DNA from: an uncultured Acidobacteriota bacterium
Lineage (GTDB): Bacteria; Acidobacteriota; Vicinamibacteria; Fen-336
Assembly: GCA_963720545.1 (NCBI GenBank)
Contig: OY970399.1
Location: forward strand, 1,376,001 to 1,440,000
Length of the DNA: 64,000 nt
Direction of reading: 5' to 3'
The translations under genes were made by a program, and so were the position numbers. Position 1 is the first letter of the stretch. Each line of letters starts with the position of its first letter. This document shows positions 39,180-48,576 of the stretch, piece by piece. The notes beneath the pieces were generated by a model, which was not told where the DNA came from, did not search any database, and saw only the letters and a program-made list of their open reading frames with translations.

Positions 39180-40211
39180 ATGGTGACCCTCGAGATCCTC
39201 GAGCACTTCGACGCGTCGGGGCGGCAGATCGTGCAGCGGCTGCCCGAGTCGGGCTCGGCCGACATCAAGCTCGGCGCCCAGCTCATCGTCCAGGAGAACC
39301 AGTGGGCGGTTTTCTTCCGCGACGGCAAGGCGCTCGACACCTTCACGGCCGGCCGGCACACGCTCACCACCATGAACGTGCCGCTGCTGACGCGCATACT
39401 CAGCCTGCCGTTCGGCGGCCAGTCGCCGTTCCAGGCGCAGGTCTACTTCATCAGCCGGCAGACCTTCACCGACATGAAGTGGGGTACGAAGGAACCGATC
39501 GTGTTCCGCGACTCCGAGCTTGCGATGGTGCGGTTGCGCGCCTTCGGCCGCTTCTCGATGCGCATCGTCGAGCCGCAGATGTTCCTGCAACAGCTCGTCG
39601 GCACGCGCGGTGCCTACACCACCGACGCCATCGAGGACTTCCTGCGCGACTTGTGCGTCTCGCGCCTCAACGACCTGCTTGGCGAGACCATGAAGACGGT
39701 GCTCGACCTGCCGCGCTACTACGACGAGATCGCCGGCGGGCTGAAGGGCCGCGTGGCCGACGACTTCTCGAAGTACGGGCTCGAGCTCGTCGACTTCCTG
39801 ATCGGCGCGATCACGCCACCCGAAGACGTGCAGAAGGTCATCGACGAGCGTTCCGGCATGGGCGCCGTCGGCAACATGCAGCAGTACATGGCCTACAAGG
39901 CGGCGCGCGGCGTCGAGGCGGCTGCCAACAATCCCGGCGAAAGCGGCGGCGCGGTGGGCGTGGGCCTCGGCGCGGGCGTCGGCATGATGATGGCGAATGC
40001 CATTGGCCAGGCCGCGAAGGGCGGCGCCGCGGCGGCGCCGGCCGCTGCGACCACTCCGTGCCCGAAGTGCCAGTCGCCGGTCGCCCCCGGGCAGAGGTTC
40101 TGCGGCAACTGCGGGGCCAACCTCGCGGCCCCGGCGTGCGCGAAGTGCCAGGCGCCGCTCATGCCAGGGGCCCGCTTCTGCGGCAACTGCGGTGCCGCCG
40201 TCGCGCCCTGA
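39180..40211 (+). CDS. SPFH (band 7, YdjI-like) domain protein with C-terminal double zinc ribbon
   Basis: [32 protein letters not shown]-terminal CPKC, FCGNCG, CAKC, FCGNCG. Confidence 0.9.
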   Translation: MVTLEILEHFDASGRQIVQRLPESGSADIKLGAQLIVQENQWAVFFRDGKALDTFTAGRHTLTTMNVPLLTRILSLPFGGQSPFQAQVYFISRQTFTDMKWGTKEPIVFRDSELAMVRLRAFGRFSMRIVEPQMFLQQLVGTRGAYTTDAIEDFLRDLCVSRLNDLLGETMKTVLDLPRYYDEIAGGLKGRVADDFSKYGLELVDFLIGAITPPEDVQKVIDERSGMGAVGNMQQYMAYKAARGVEAAANNPGESGGAVGVGLGAGVGMMMANAIGQAAKGGAAAAPAAATTPCPKCQSPVAPGQRFCGNCGANLAAPACAKCQAPLMPGARFCGNCGAAVAP

Positions 40212-40220
40212 GCGCGCCGC

Positions 40221-42650
40221 CTACTGTGCCGCGAGCTGCTGCAGGACGCGTCGCGCACGCGCGAACCGCTCGCTGAGCTTCGGTATCGGCGCATCCTGGT
40301 AGCCGTCGCGCAGCTGGCGGTCGCCGACATCCATCCACTTCAACAGGTCGCCGGCGGCGGCGCGGGCGGCTTCGGGGTCGCGACTGCCCCTCGTGCCGAT
40401 CCAGATCGGGGCGGTGTGCGCGAAGAGGTCGCCGTCGGTGGCCGGCCAGGTGGCCGTGCCGCCGTGAGCGCGCGCCGCGAGCCAGCCGCCTGACGGCAGC
40501 GCGATTTCGCCGCGGTAGGCTTTGGTGCCCGCCGCATCCAGCCCGGGACGCGTTTCGACCACACGGCCGTTGACCAGGATCTCGACCCGCTCGACGGCGG
40601 TCGGGCTCGCAAGCGTCAGTGTCCAGGCTGCTTTCGCCGCTGGCGCTGCGACCCCGCCCGGCTCCTGGCCGGCCGCGCGCAGCAGCAGCAGCGGGCCGTT
40701 CGAGACGAAGCTGCGGCCGGCGCGCAATGCCGCGAGGTACGACTGCATCGTGAGCGGTCCGCGCGGCTTGACGAAGACGCGCGTGGAGCCGACCGGAATG
40801 GCGCGATAGAAGTTCGGAAAGGCGTCGGTGCCGCCGGTGGGCACGATGGGCAGGCCGAGGTTGAGGAGGCGATACCACAGGTCGCTGGTGCCGAGTTCGT
40901 CGGTCCAGAGGCATGCGACCTCGAGCCCGTCCAGGTCGCCGAGCACCGCATCGGGAATGAGCTCGAGCGGGATCTGCTTCAGGTTCTCGACCGAGGCCAA
41001 CGGCTCGCGCACCCGCACCGGATGGACGTAGAAGCCGAAACCGTTGCGGCGGCGGGCGAAGCGGAGCGCGTCGGCGTTCTCGCGATCGTCGCGGCCCAGC
41101 GACGGGTAACCCGGTCCCCAGTACCACGGCCAGAAGAGCTCGCCGGCGCCCACGAGGCCGATGTGGCCGAGGAAATGGGCGCGCACCTCCTGCGCGAACG
41201 CCATCAGCGGCGGGGTGCTGCGCGTGGCGCCCCAGAAGGAACGATCCTTGAACCGCGTGTGCAGGTTCGCGACCTGCGGCGTCGCGACGTCGAGATCCTC
41301 GCCGCGCAGGTGCGCCACGACGTCCTGGGGTTGTAGCCGATAGGGACCGCCGTAGTTGAGGTGCCAGTGGTGGTCGCCGGAGTAGTAGCCGAGCGCGCGC
41401 AGGTCGATGAGGCCGCGCAGGGCGACTCTCAGCTCCGCCCCGGCGCCGATGGCGCGCGCCGCCGCGGCGGTGAAGCCGCGCGTGGCGCGTGCGGTCACCG
41501 CACCTGCCGAGGGCACGGTGAAGGCAAGACGGCCCGGCGTCGCGACGTAGACGGCACCGCTCGAGGAGTCGAAGCGCGGCTGGCCGCCGTCGGGGAGAGC
41601 CGGATGGCCGCTCGCGTCGGTGACCGCGAGCCGCGCCGGCGACAGGACACCGTCGTAAGTCGTGACCACCGTGAGAGTGCGCGTCGGCACCCCCCAGTCC
41701 CAGCTTCGCGGCTCGAGATCCTCCGCGGCGCCGCCCCCCTGCGGGATGCGCATCAGGTGAAAGCGCTGCTGCGCGTCGGCATCGACGTAGTAGATCGCGT
41801 CACCCGCCGCCGAGAACGCGGGCTGGATCGGCAGGCGCGCCGAGTGCGCCAGCTGGATGAGCGCGCCGCCGCGCGGATCGAGCAGGAACAAGCCGTCGTC
41901 GTCGCCCAGCGGCAGGGTGACGGCCAGGCGCGAGCCGTCCGCGGCGAGCGCGGGACGCATCTGCGACGCGATCCATTCCTCGCGCACGGTCGTTCGCTTG
42001 CCGGTGCCGGTGTCGAGGGCCACGATGGCGTCGGCGCCGAGCCGCTGCTTCAGCACGAAATAGAGGACTCCGCCAGGCCCTGGTTGCGCTCGCAGTTCGA
42101 CGCCGGCGGCGTTCGTCACGCGCTCGGCGTTCGCGTGGCCTGGTGCCGCGCCGGACCGCAGCCGCCAGATGTCGATGTCGCCGGCAGCGCCCGACGAGTA
42201 GTAGAGCGTGCCGTCCGCGGCGTACGCCGGGTCGAGCTCCATCGCGGCGGTCTCGGCGAGCACGGTTTCCTTGCCCGACGCGAGCTCCAGCCCGACGATG
42301 CTCGTGTCTTGCCCCGTGTCGCGGACAAAGGCGAGCCGCGTGCCGTCGGGCGAGAACGCCGGGCGAAAGTCCATCGCCGCGCCACTCGTCACCCGGCGCG
42401 CAACGCGCTTCTCGAGATCCATGACCCACAGCCAGCCGCGCGCCGAGAACGCGAGCGAGCGGCCGTCTGGCGAGGGCGCCGGGTCGGACGGGCCGGCGTT
42501 CAGCACCGGCAGGTCGTAGCCCTCGAGATAGATCTGGTGGTTGTAGCCGCTGACCTTCGGGTAGCGGTTCGCGAACGGCGCGCCGTACGCGGCGGCGGCA
42601 GCCGCGGCCACCAGGACCGCGAGCGCCCCTAGTCGCGTAGGTATCCCCAG
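40221..42650 (-). CDS. Secreted TolB-like propeller + CehA/McbA-like (PHP-fold) metallohydrolase
   Basis: PSPDG/FSPDG repeats; GDHHWH, FLGH, YVHP, GGTD, GRSFVSNGP, AHTAPI; start uncertain (CTG 42650 or GTG 42611). Confidence 0.8.
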   Translation of the reverse strand: MGIPTRLGALAVLVAAAAAAAYGAPFANRYPKVSGYNHQIYLEGYDLPVLNAGPSDPAPSPDGRSLAFSARGWLWVMDLEKRVARRVTSGAAMDFRPAFSPDGTRLAFVRDTGQDTSIVGLELASGKETVLAETAAMELDPAYAADGTLYYSSGAAGDIDIWRLRSGAAPGHANAERVTNAAGVELRAQPGPGGVLYFVLKQRLGADAIVALDTGTGKRTTVREEWIASQMRPALAADGSRLAVTLPLGDDDGLFLLDPRGGALIQLAHSARLPIQPAFSAAGDAIYYVDADAQQRFHLMRIPQGGGAAEDLEPRSWDWGVPTRTLTVVTTYDGVLSPARLAVTDASGHPALPDGGQPRFDSSSGAVYVATPGRLAFTVPSAGAVTARATRGFTAAAARAIGAGAELRVALRGLIDLRALGYYSGDHHWHLNYGGPYRLQPQDVVAHLRGEDLDVATPQVANLHTRFKDRSFWGATRSTPPLMAFAQEVRAHFLGHIGLVGAGELFWPWYWGPGYPSLGRDDRENADALRFARRRNGFGFYVHPVRVREPLASVENLKQIPLELIPDAVLGDLDGLEVACLWTDELGTSDLWYRLLNLGLPIVPTGGTDAFPNFYRAIPVGSTRVFVKPRGPLTMQSYLAALRAGRSFVSNGPLLLLRAAGQEPGGVAAPAAKAAWTLTLASPTAVERVEILVNGRVVETRPGLDAAGTKAYRGEIALPSGGWLAARAHGGTATWPATDGDLFAHTAPIWIGTRGSRDPEAARAAAGDLLKWMDVGDRQLRDGYQDAPIPKLSERFARARRVLQQLAAQ

Positions 42651-43909
42651 TTGTGCAGGCGGTCGCTGTCCTCGAGCCAGCGGTCGCCGATGTCCTTGCG
42701 GTAATACATGTTGGGAATCATGATGTTCTCGATGCGGTTGTAGGCCTGCCGCTGGGCCTGGCGCATGGTCGGCCCCAGACCGACGACGATCAGCACCACG
42801 CCCGAGGTGCCGGTGACCACCCACTCCTTGTTCTCGAGCTTCACGTCCTCGATGTGCACGCCCTCCTGGTTGGGCTTCTTGAAGATGATGACGGCGTCCT
42901 TCGAGGTGCGGTTGAAGGTGTTCGGGTCCTTGAACGGGAACGGCGGCACCACGATGCGCACGCCCACCTGGAAGCCGCTGCGCGCCTTGAAGCGCGTCAG
43001 CGTGCCCTCGGCGAGCTTGAAGAGGAACTCGCTGATCGGCGTGATCATGCCTTCCTGCTGGATGCTGATCGTCGGGTAGCCGAAGCGCGCGGTGAACTCG
43101 AGCGGGTAGATGCCGTTGCTGTTGACGATGCAGTTGACGTCCATGTAGCCGACGAAGCCCTCGTCGCGCAGCCGCGACTCCATCTTGCCCACCGTCTGGT
43201 TGAAGACGCGGTTCGGCTCGCTCCAGAACATCGAGGTGCCCATCTCACCGGTGGACGGGCCGATGTCGCCGGGAAACAGCTTCTTGTGCTCGAAGTTGAC
43301 GTTGATCGGCTCGACGAAGGTCTTGCCGTTGAAGAACGCGCCGGTCGCCACCTCGACGCCGATGATGCGCCGCTGCAGCTGGAACTCCATGCGCTTCTTC
43401 GACCAGACACGCTCGTAGTCCTCGAGCACCTGGATGACGTCCTTGCCGTCCTCGTCCTCGCCGACGAACAGCAGCTGCTTGGTGTTCTGCGCCTCGCCGC
43501 TCGGCTTGATGACGTAGCGGTTCGGGTTCGCCTTCACGTAGTCGATGGCGTCCTTGAACACCGTGAAGTTTTCCTGCGGGATGATCGCGACGCCGGCGGC
43601 GCGCAGCTCGCTCTGGCCGAAGGCGCGGTCGTCCTCGAGCCGGTCGGAGTAGGGCGAACCGCCGACCACCAGCTTGCCCTTCTCGCGCAGCTTCTGCGCC
43701 GCCTCGCCCTGGCCGAGGACGTCGTCGAAGACGATGACGTCGGCCCAGTCGACGTCTTTCTTCCAGTCCTTCGTCTTCGGCACGAAGCCGTCGCCGATCT
43801 CCTCTTCCTCCTCGGAGCCGATGAAGTAGCGGACCTCGTGGTCCTCCTTCACCACCTGCCACGCGATGTCGCTGATGAGCCCTTCGAGCGAGACGAAAAG
43901 GAATTTCAT
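42629..43909 (-). CDS. Divergent PurD-like ATP-grasp ligase
   Basis: LEDDRAFG, YVIKP, EHKKLFPGDIGPSTGEMG, LEFTARFGYP, YYRKDIG; lacks the PurD N-terminal GSGGREHA. Confidence 0.8.
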   Translation of the reverse strand: MKFLFVSLEGLISDIAWQVVKEDHEVRYFIGSEEEEEIGDGFVPKTKDWKKDVDWADVIVFDDVLGQGEAAQKLREKGKLVVGGSPYSDRLEDDRAFGQSELRAAGVAIIPQENFTVFKDAIDYVKANPNRYVIKPSGEAQNTKQLLFVGEDEDGKDVIQVLEDYERVWSKKRMEFQLQRRIIGVEVATGAFFNGKTFVEPINVNFEHKKLFPGDIGPSTGEMGTSMFWSEPNRVFNQTVGKMESRLRDEGFVGYMDVNCIVNSNGIYPLEFTARFGYPTISIQQEGMITPISEFLFKLAEGTLTRFKARSGFQVGVRIVVPPFPFKDPNTFNRTSKDAVIIFKKPNQEGVHIEDVKLENKEWVVTGTSGVVLIVVGLGPTMRQAQRQAYNRIENIMIPNMYYRKDIGDRWLEDSDRLHNWGYLRD

Positions 43910-44622
43910 GACGCGCCGAAATGTAGCACGGCGCGCAATGCGCGCCCCCAGGCGGGCGCGAACGCCGCCTTGAGGATCCAGTCGAGCGCGATGCCGGCGG
44001 CCGCGGCGGCAAGGTACTTGTGCGCGGCGGCGAGGCCGCCGTACTTGTACTTCAGGAGGCGCGAGAGCAGCGGCTCCGCCAGCACCGCGCCGAGCGTTGC
44101 GAACGCCGCGACGCGGCAGATGGCCCACGGCTGCCAGCCCAGGAACAGCACCGCCCACAGCGGCGCGCCGGCGCGATGCAGCGAGGCGACGTAGAAATTC
44201 ATGAAGTTCATGAGCACCGCCCCCATCAGGATGGCGCCGGCGCTGGCGCTCGCGAGCGCTATCGCGACGAAGATCGCGAGGTGCAGCAGGTGCTGGGGCA
44301 GGAACAGCCGCACGCTGCCTTCGCGGCCGATGCCGGTCGCGATCCAGGCGAACATCTCGTCGCGGTAGCCGACTCCGTTCAGCACGGTCGCGCCGGGCGG
44401 CGTCGGCCACAGCGAAAAGGCCAGGACACCCACGACCGCCATGGTCAGCGCCCAGGCAAGCATGGCGACGACGGCGCCGTGGCGATCGCCGCTGCGCAGC
44501 CGCTGCGTCATCGTCAGGTACGCCGGCAGCGCGTTCAGCGACGGCAGCAGCCACGGCGATCCGGACGCGAGTCCCAGCGGATAGGACAGCGCGGTCGCGA
44601 CCACCAGCGCCGGGATGCTCAC
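43906..44622 (-). CDS. Integral membrane protein (possibly SpoIIM-like)
   Basis: About 6 hydrophobic helices; YRDEMFAWI, QPW motifs; 4-nt overlaps with both neighbours. Confidence 0.7.
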   Translation of the reverse strand: MSIPALVVATALSYPLGLASGSPWLLPSLNALPAYLTMTQRLRSGDRHGAVVAMLAWALTMAVVGVLAFSLWPTPPGATVLNGVGYRDEMFAWIATGIGREGSVRLFLPQHLLHLAIFVAIALASASAGAILMGAVLMNFMNFYVASLHRAGAPLWAVLFLGWQPWAICRVAAFATLGAVLAEPLLSRLLKYKYGGLAAAHKYLAAAAAGIALDWILKAAFAPAWGRALRAVLHFGAS

Positions 44623-45527
44623 TGCGCCTCGAACGACGTGAGCCGCTTGAGCAGCGCGTAGCGCTCGTCGATCTCGGCGCGAGTCAACCGCAGCAAGCGG
44701 TCGAGGCTGAACGCCTCGACGCAGAACGAGGCCATGGTCGTGCCCATGATGACCGCGCGGCGCAGCGCAGCATCGTCCAGCGCCTGGCTCGCGACCAGCG
44801 AGCCCATGAAGCCGCCGGCGAAAGTGTCGCCGGCGCCGGTCGGGTCGAACACCGCTTCGAGCGGAAAGGCGGGCGCCGCGAACGAGCCCTCCGGCGAGAA
44901 CATCAGCACACCGTGCTCGCCCTTCTTGACGATCAGGGTCTGCGGCCCGAGCGCGCGGATGGCGCGCGCCGCCTTGACGATGTTCCATTCGCCCGACAGC
45001 TCGCGCGCCTCGGCGTCGTTCACCAGCAGCACGTCCACCTGCCGCAGCGTCCGGCGCAGCTCGTCCGGCTTGCCGGCGATCCAGAAATTCATGGTGTCGC
45101 AGGCGACCAGCTTCGGTTTCGCCACCTGGTCGAGGACCGAGCGCTGCAGCGCCGGGTCGATGTTGCCGAGGAACACGTACTCCGAGTGGCGATAGGCCTC
45201 GGGAATCTTGGGCTCGAAGCCGGCGAACACGTTGAGGTCGGTGCGGATCGTGTCGCGCGAGTTGAGGTCGTACGAGTATTTGCCCTGCCAGTGGAAGGTC
45301 TCGCCGCTGGCGCGCTCCAGCCCTGCCGTGTCGATGCGGCGGCCGGCGAACGCCTGCATCTGTTGCTCGCCGAAATCGTCGCCCACCACGCCGACGAGGT
45401 TCACCGGCGTGAAGAAGGAGGCCGCCACCGCGAAGAAGGAGGCGCTGCCGCCCAACACTTTCTCGGCCTTGCCGAACGGGGTCTCGACGGTGTCGAACGC
45501 AACGCTGCCGACGACGAGGATGGCCAT
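44619..45527 (-). CDS. PfkB/ribokinase-family sugar or nucleoside kinase
   Basis: VGSVAFD, GGSA, VGVVGDDF, NDAEA, KKGEHG, DPTGAGDTFAGGF. Confidence 0.93.
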   Translation of the reverse strand: MAILVVGSVAFDTVETPFGKAEKVLGGSASFFAVAASFFTPVNLVGVVGDDFGEQQMQAFAGRRIDTAGLERASGETFHWQGKYSYDLNSRDTIRTDLNVFAGFEPKIPEAYRHSEYVFLGNIDPALQRSVLDQVAKPKLVACDTMNFWIAGKPDELRRTLRQVDVLLVNDAEARELSGEWNIVKAARAIRALGPQTLIVKKGEHGVLMFSPEGSFAAPAFPLEAVFDPTGAGDTFAGGFMGSLVASQALDDAALRRAVIMGTTMASFCVEAFSLDRLLRLTRAEIDERYALLKRLTSFEAQ

Positions 45528-45542
45528 GTCTCTCCCCCTGGC

Positions 45543-46406
45543 TTACTCGAAGTGCTTTGCGGCGATGAGGGCGAGCCGCTCGCGGGTCTGCGCGGGCACC
45601 AGGCCGGCGGCGGTGACGATGGCGGCGTCGAGTGCCGCGGCGCAGTCGCACTGCCGCGCATCCGGCAGGCTGCGCAGCACCGCGCGCAGCGCCGCCTGCG
45701 CGGTCGCCGCGTTCTCGTTGAGGACCGCGATCACCTGCGCCGCGGTGACGTCTTCATGGCCGGGATGCCAGCAGTCGTAGTCGGTGACGAGCGCGAGCGC
45801 CGCGTAGCAAAGCTGCGCCTCGCGCGCGAGCTTCGCTTCCGGGAGCGCGGTCATGCCGATGATGTCGAGCCCCCACGAGCGGTAGAGCAGCGACTCGGCG
45901 CGCGTCGAGAACTGCGGGCCGTCGATGCAGATGTAGGTGCCGCGCTCGTGCACCGTGGCGCCGGCGGCGCGCGCCGCGGCCGCCAGCACCGGTGCCAGCT
46001 GGGGGCACACGGGCTTGCCCATCGCGGCGTGGGCGGCGAGGCCGTCGCCGAAGAAACTGCTTTCACGGCGGCGGGTCCAGTCGACGAACTGGTCGGGAAC
46101 CACGACGTGGCGCGGCGCCATCTCTTCCTTGAGCGAGCCGACCGCCGACACCGAGACGATGCGCACCGCACCCAGCGACTTCAGCGCATGGATGTTGGCG
46201 CGGAAGTTCACCTCGTGCGGCAGGATGCGGTGGCCGCGCCCGTGGCGCGGCAGGAATGCGACGCGCTGCCCTTCGCACACTCCGGTGACGACGAGGTCGG
46301 AGGGGTCGCCGAACGGCGTGGGCACCGCATGCTCCTCGACTTCCGTCAGCCCGGCCATCTGGTACAGGCCGCTGCCGCCAATGATGCCGATGCGCGCGTC
46401 CGCCAT
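45543..46406 (-). CDS. mtnP: S-methyl-5'-thioadenosine phosphorylase
   Basis: IGIIGGSGLY, PRHGRGH, NFRANI, SAVGSL, GPQFSTRAES, IGMT..PEAKLAREA, VTDYDCW. Confidence 0.95.
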   Translation of the reverse strand: MADARIGIIGGSGLYQMAGLTEVEEHAVPTPFGDPSDLVVTGVCEGQRVAFLPRHGRGHRILPHEVNFRANIHALKSLGAVRIVSVSAVGSLKEEMAPRHVVVPDQFVDWTRRRESSFFGDGLAAHAAMGKPVCPQLAPVLAAAARAAGATVHERGTYICIDGPQFSTRAESLLYRSWGLDIIGMTALPEAKLAREAQLCYAALALVTDYDCWHPGHEDVTAAQVIAVLNENAATAQAALRAVLRSLPDARQCDCAAALDAAIVTAAGLVPAQTRERLALIAAKHFE

Positions 46407-46411
46407 GCGCG

Positions 46412-47263
46412 TCAGGCCGCCTCTTCAGCGAGCAGGTAGCGGCCTTTCGCCTCGCGCACACGGCCGAGCGGCGTGCGCACGTCGTGATAGAAGAGGATCC
46501 AATGGTCGTCGCGGGCGGCTTCCTGCAGCAAGCGCCGCTTTGCCTCGAGGCTGCCGAGCGGGAACAAGTCGTAGCCGGTCACCCACGCGAGCGGCAGGTG
46601 GCTCGCCGTCGGTAGCACATCGCTCGGGATCTGCAGGGTCACGCCGCCGTGCGTCACGCGCACCATCTGGTGGTACGGCGTGTGGCCGCCAATCGGCACC
46701 ACGCTGACGCCGGGCGCCACTTCCACCGTGCCCTGCACCGGCAGCAGCTGCTGGGCCTCGGCGAGCGGCAGGTAGTCGGCGTCCACGTAGGAGCCGCGGC
46801 TGCGCTCGTTGGGGCGGGTCGCGTCCTCCCACTCCCCCATCTGCACGATGTACTGCGCGTTCTCGAAGGTTGGCGTCGCGCGTCCGTCCACCAGGCGCGT
46901 GTTGCCGCCGGCATGGTCGAAGTGCAGGTGGGTGTTGACGACGATGTCGATGTCCGCGGGCGCGATGCCGATCGCCGCCAGCGACGACAGCAGGGTGGCA
47001 GAGCGGTCGATGCCGTAGCGCGCACGCTGCTTCTCGCTCCACTTGTCGCCGATGCCGGTGTCGACCAGGATCTTCTTGCCCGCGGTCTCGATGAAGGCGA
47101 CGTTGGTCGCGAGCGTGACGCGGTTGTGCGCGTCGGGCGGGTTGCCCTTTTCCCAGAGCGTGCGCGGCACCACGCCGAAAAGGGCGCCGCCGTCGAGCGC
47201 GAAGGTGCCGTCCGACAACACCCGTACACGGATGTCGCCGAGCTTCAGGCCGACTTTTTTCAT
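46412..47263 (-). CDS. MBL-fold metallo-hydrolase (YtnP-like)
   Basis: LDGGALFGVVP, VDTGIG, THLHFDHAGG, GHTPYH, GYDLFP, FYHD. Confidence 0.9.
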   Translation of the reverse strand: MKKVGLKLGDIRVRVLSDGTFALDGGALFGVVPRTLWEKGNPPDAHNRVTLATNVAFIETAGKKILVDTGIGDKWSEKQRARYGIDRSATLLSSLAAIGIAPADIDIVVNTHLHFDHAGGNTRLVDGRATPTFENAQYIVQMGEWEDATRPNERSRGSYVDADYLPLAEAQQLLPVQGTVEVAPGVSVVPIGGHTPYHQMVRVTHGGVTLQIPSDVLPTASHLPLAWVTGYDLFPLGSLEAKRRLLQEAARDDHWILFYHDVRTPLGRVREAKGRYLLAEEAA

Positions 47264-48576
47264 GGGTTGCCCAAGGATAGCAGCAGGCTGCTCAGCGCTT
47301 CGGCGCGCGGCTGCAGCGGCTGCGCGAGCACTGGACGGCCCAGGCATGCCTGAAGCGCGGCGGGTAGAGGCAGCTCGCGGCCGATGATCGGCTCCACCAC
47401 TTCCGGGAACTTCGCCGGGTGTGCGGTGGCGAGCACCACCCCGGTCGCGGGACCGTTGGCCTTGCGCCACGCCTCGAGCCCGAGCCATCCGACCGCCGTG
47501 TGCGGATCCATCACGTAATCGTGGCGCTGCGCCGCCGCGGCAATCGCGGCGCGGGTCCCGGCGTCGTCGTGGGCGCTGCCGAAGACGTCGGCGCCGATGG
47601 CGGCAGCATCGCCGCCGTAGAGCGCCTGGATGCGCGCGAGGTTGCTGGGCGTGCCCACGTCCATCGCGTTCGAGATCGTGCGCGTCGACGGCCGCGGCCG
47701 GTAGTTGCCGGTGCGCAGGTACTCCGGCACGACGTCGTTGGCGTTGGTCGCGGCGACGAAGCCGTCGATCGGCGCGCCCATGCGCTTGGCGATGAGGCCG
47801 GCGGCGAGGTTGCCGAAGTTGCCGCTCGGCGTCGAGAAGATCAGCGGACGCGGCGCCGCGCGCAGCGCGATCGCGGCGTGCCAGTAGTACCAGACCTGCG
47901 GCAGCAGCCGCCCGATGTTGATCGAGTTGGCGGAGCTGAGCGAGAGCCCGGCGAGCTGCGGGTCGGCAAACGCGGCTTTCACCAGCCGCTGGCAGTCGTC
48001 GAAGGTGCCCGAGACCGCGAGCGCCGTGACGTTGCCGCCGAGCGTCGCGAACTGCGCCTCCTGCAGTCGGCTCACCTGTCCCTGCGGGTAGAGCACCACG
48101 ACGCGCACGCGCTCGAGCCCGAAGAACGCGTGCGCCACGGCGCTGCCGGTGTCGCCCGAGGTCGCAACCAGCACCGTGAGCGGCTCGCCGCCGCGCAGCG
48201 TGCGCGCCAGCCGCGCGAGGACGCGCGCGCCGACGTCCTTGAAGGCGAGGGTCGGACCGTGGAACAGCTCGAGGATGTGGGTGTCGCCGCCGGCAGCGGC
48301 GTCGCGAGTCAGCCGCACCAACGGCACGTCGAAGTCGAGCGCTGCGTGCGCGAGGCGCGTGAGCGTGCCGGCGTCGAGCGACGACACCAGCTGGCGGGCG
48401 CCGACGAACGCAGCGGTGCCGGCGAACGAGCTGTCCTCGAGATCGCGCACGGCGTCGGGATCGATCGCCACGATGCGCTCCGGCATGTAGAGGCCGCCGT
48501 CCGGAGCCAGGCCCTGCGCCACGGCCGTGGCCAGGTCAACCGGCGGCGCGGCCCCGCCGGTGCTGACGAACCTCAC
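47260..48576 (-). CDS. thrC: Threonine synthase
   Basis: GLAPDGGLY, ELFHGPTLAFKD, ATSGDTG, SANSINIGR, PSGNFGN, TAHPAKF. Confidence 0.96.
   Translation of the reverse strand: MRFVSTGGAAPPVDLATAVAQGLAPDGGLYMPERIVAIDPDAVRDLEDSSFAGTAAFVGARQLVSSLDAGTLTRLAHAALDFDVPLVRLTRDAAAGGDTHILELFHGPTLAFKDVGARVLARLARTLRGGEPLTVLVATSGDTGSAVAHAFFGLERVRVVVLYPQGQVSRLQEAQFATLGGNVTALAVSGTFDDCQRLVKAAFADPQLAGLSLSSANSINIGRLLPQVWYYWHAAIALRAAPRPLIFSTPSGNFGNLAAGLIAKRMGAPIDGFVAATNANDVVPEYLRTGNYRPRPSTRTISNAMDVGTPSNLARIQALYGGDAAAIGADVFGSAHDDAGTRAAIAAAAQRHDYVMDPHTAVGWLGLEAWRKANGPATGVVLATAHPAKFPEVVEPIIGRELPLPAALQACLGRPVLAQPLQPRAEALSSLLLSLGNP

Noticed and set aside
42629..43909. Assigning the symbol purD
   Set aside because: Key GAR synthetase motifs are altered and there is no pur context, so it is left as PurD-like.
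46412..47263. Second MBL-fold gene as a beta-lactamase
   Set aside because: No signal peptide, and the LDGGALFGVVP motif indicates a cytoplasmic YtnP-like hydrolase.
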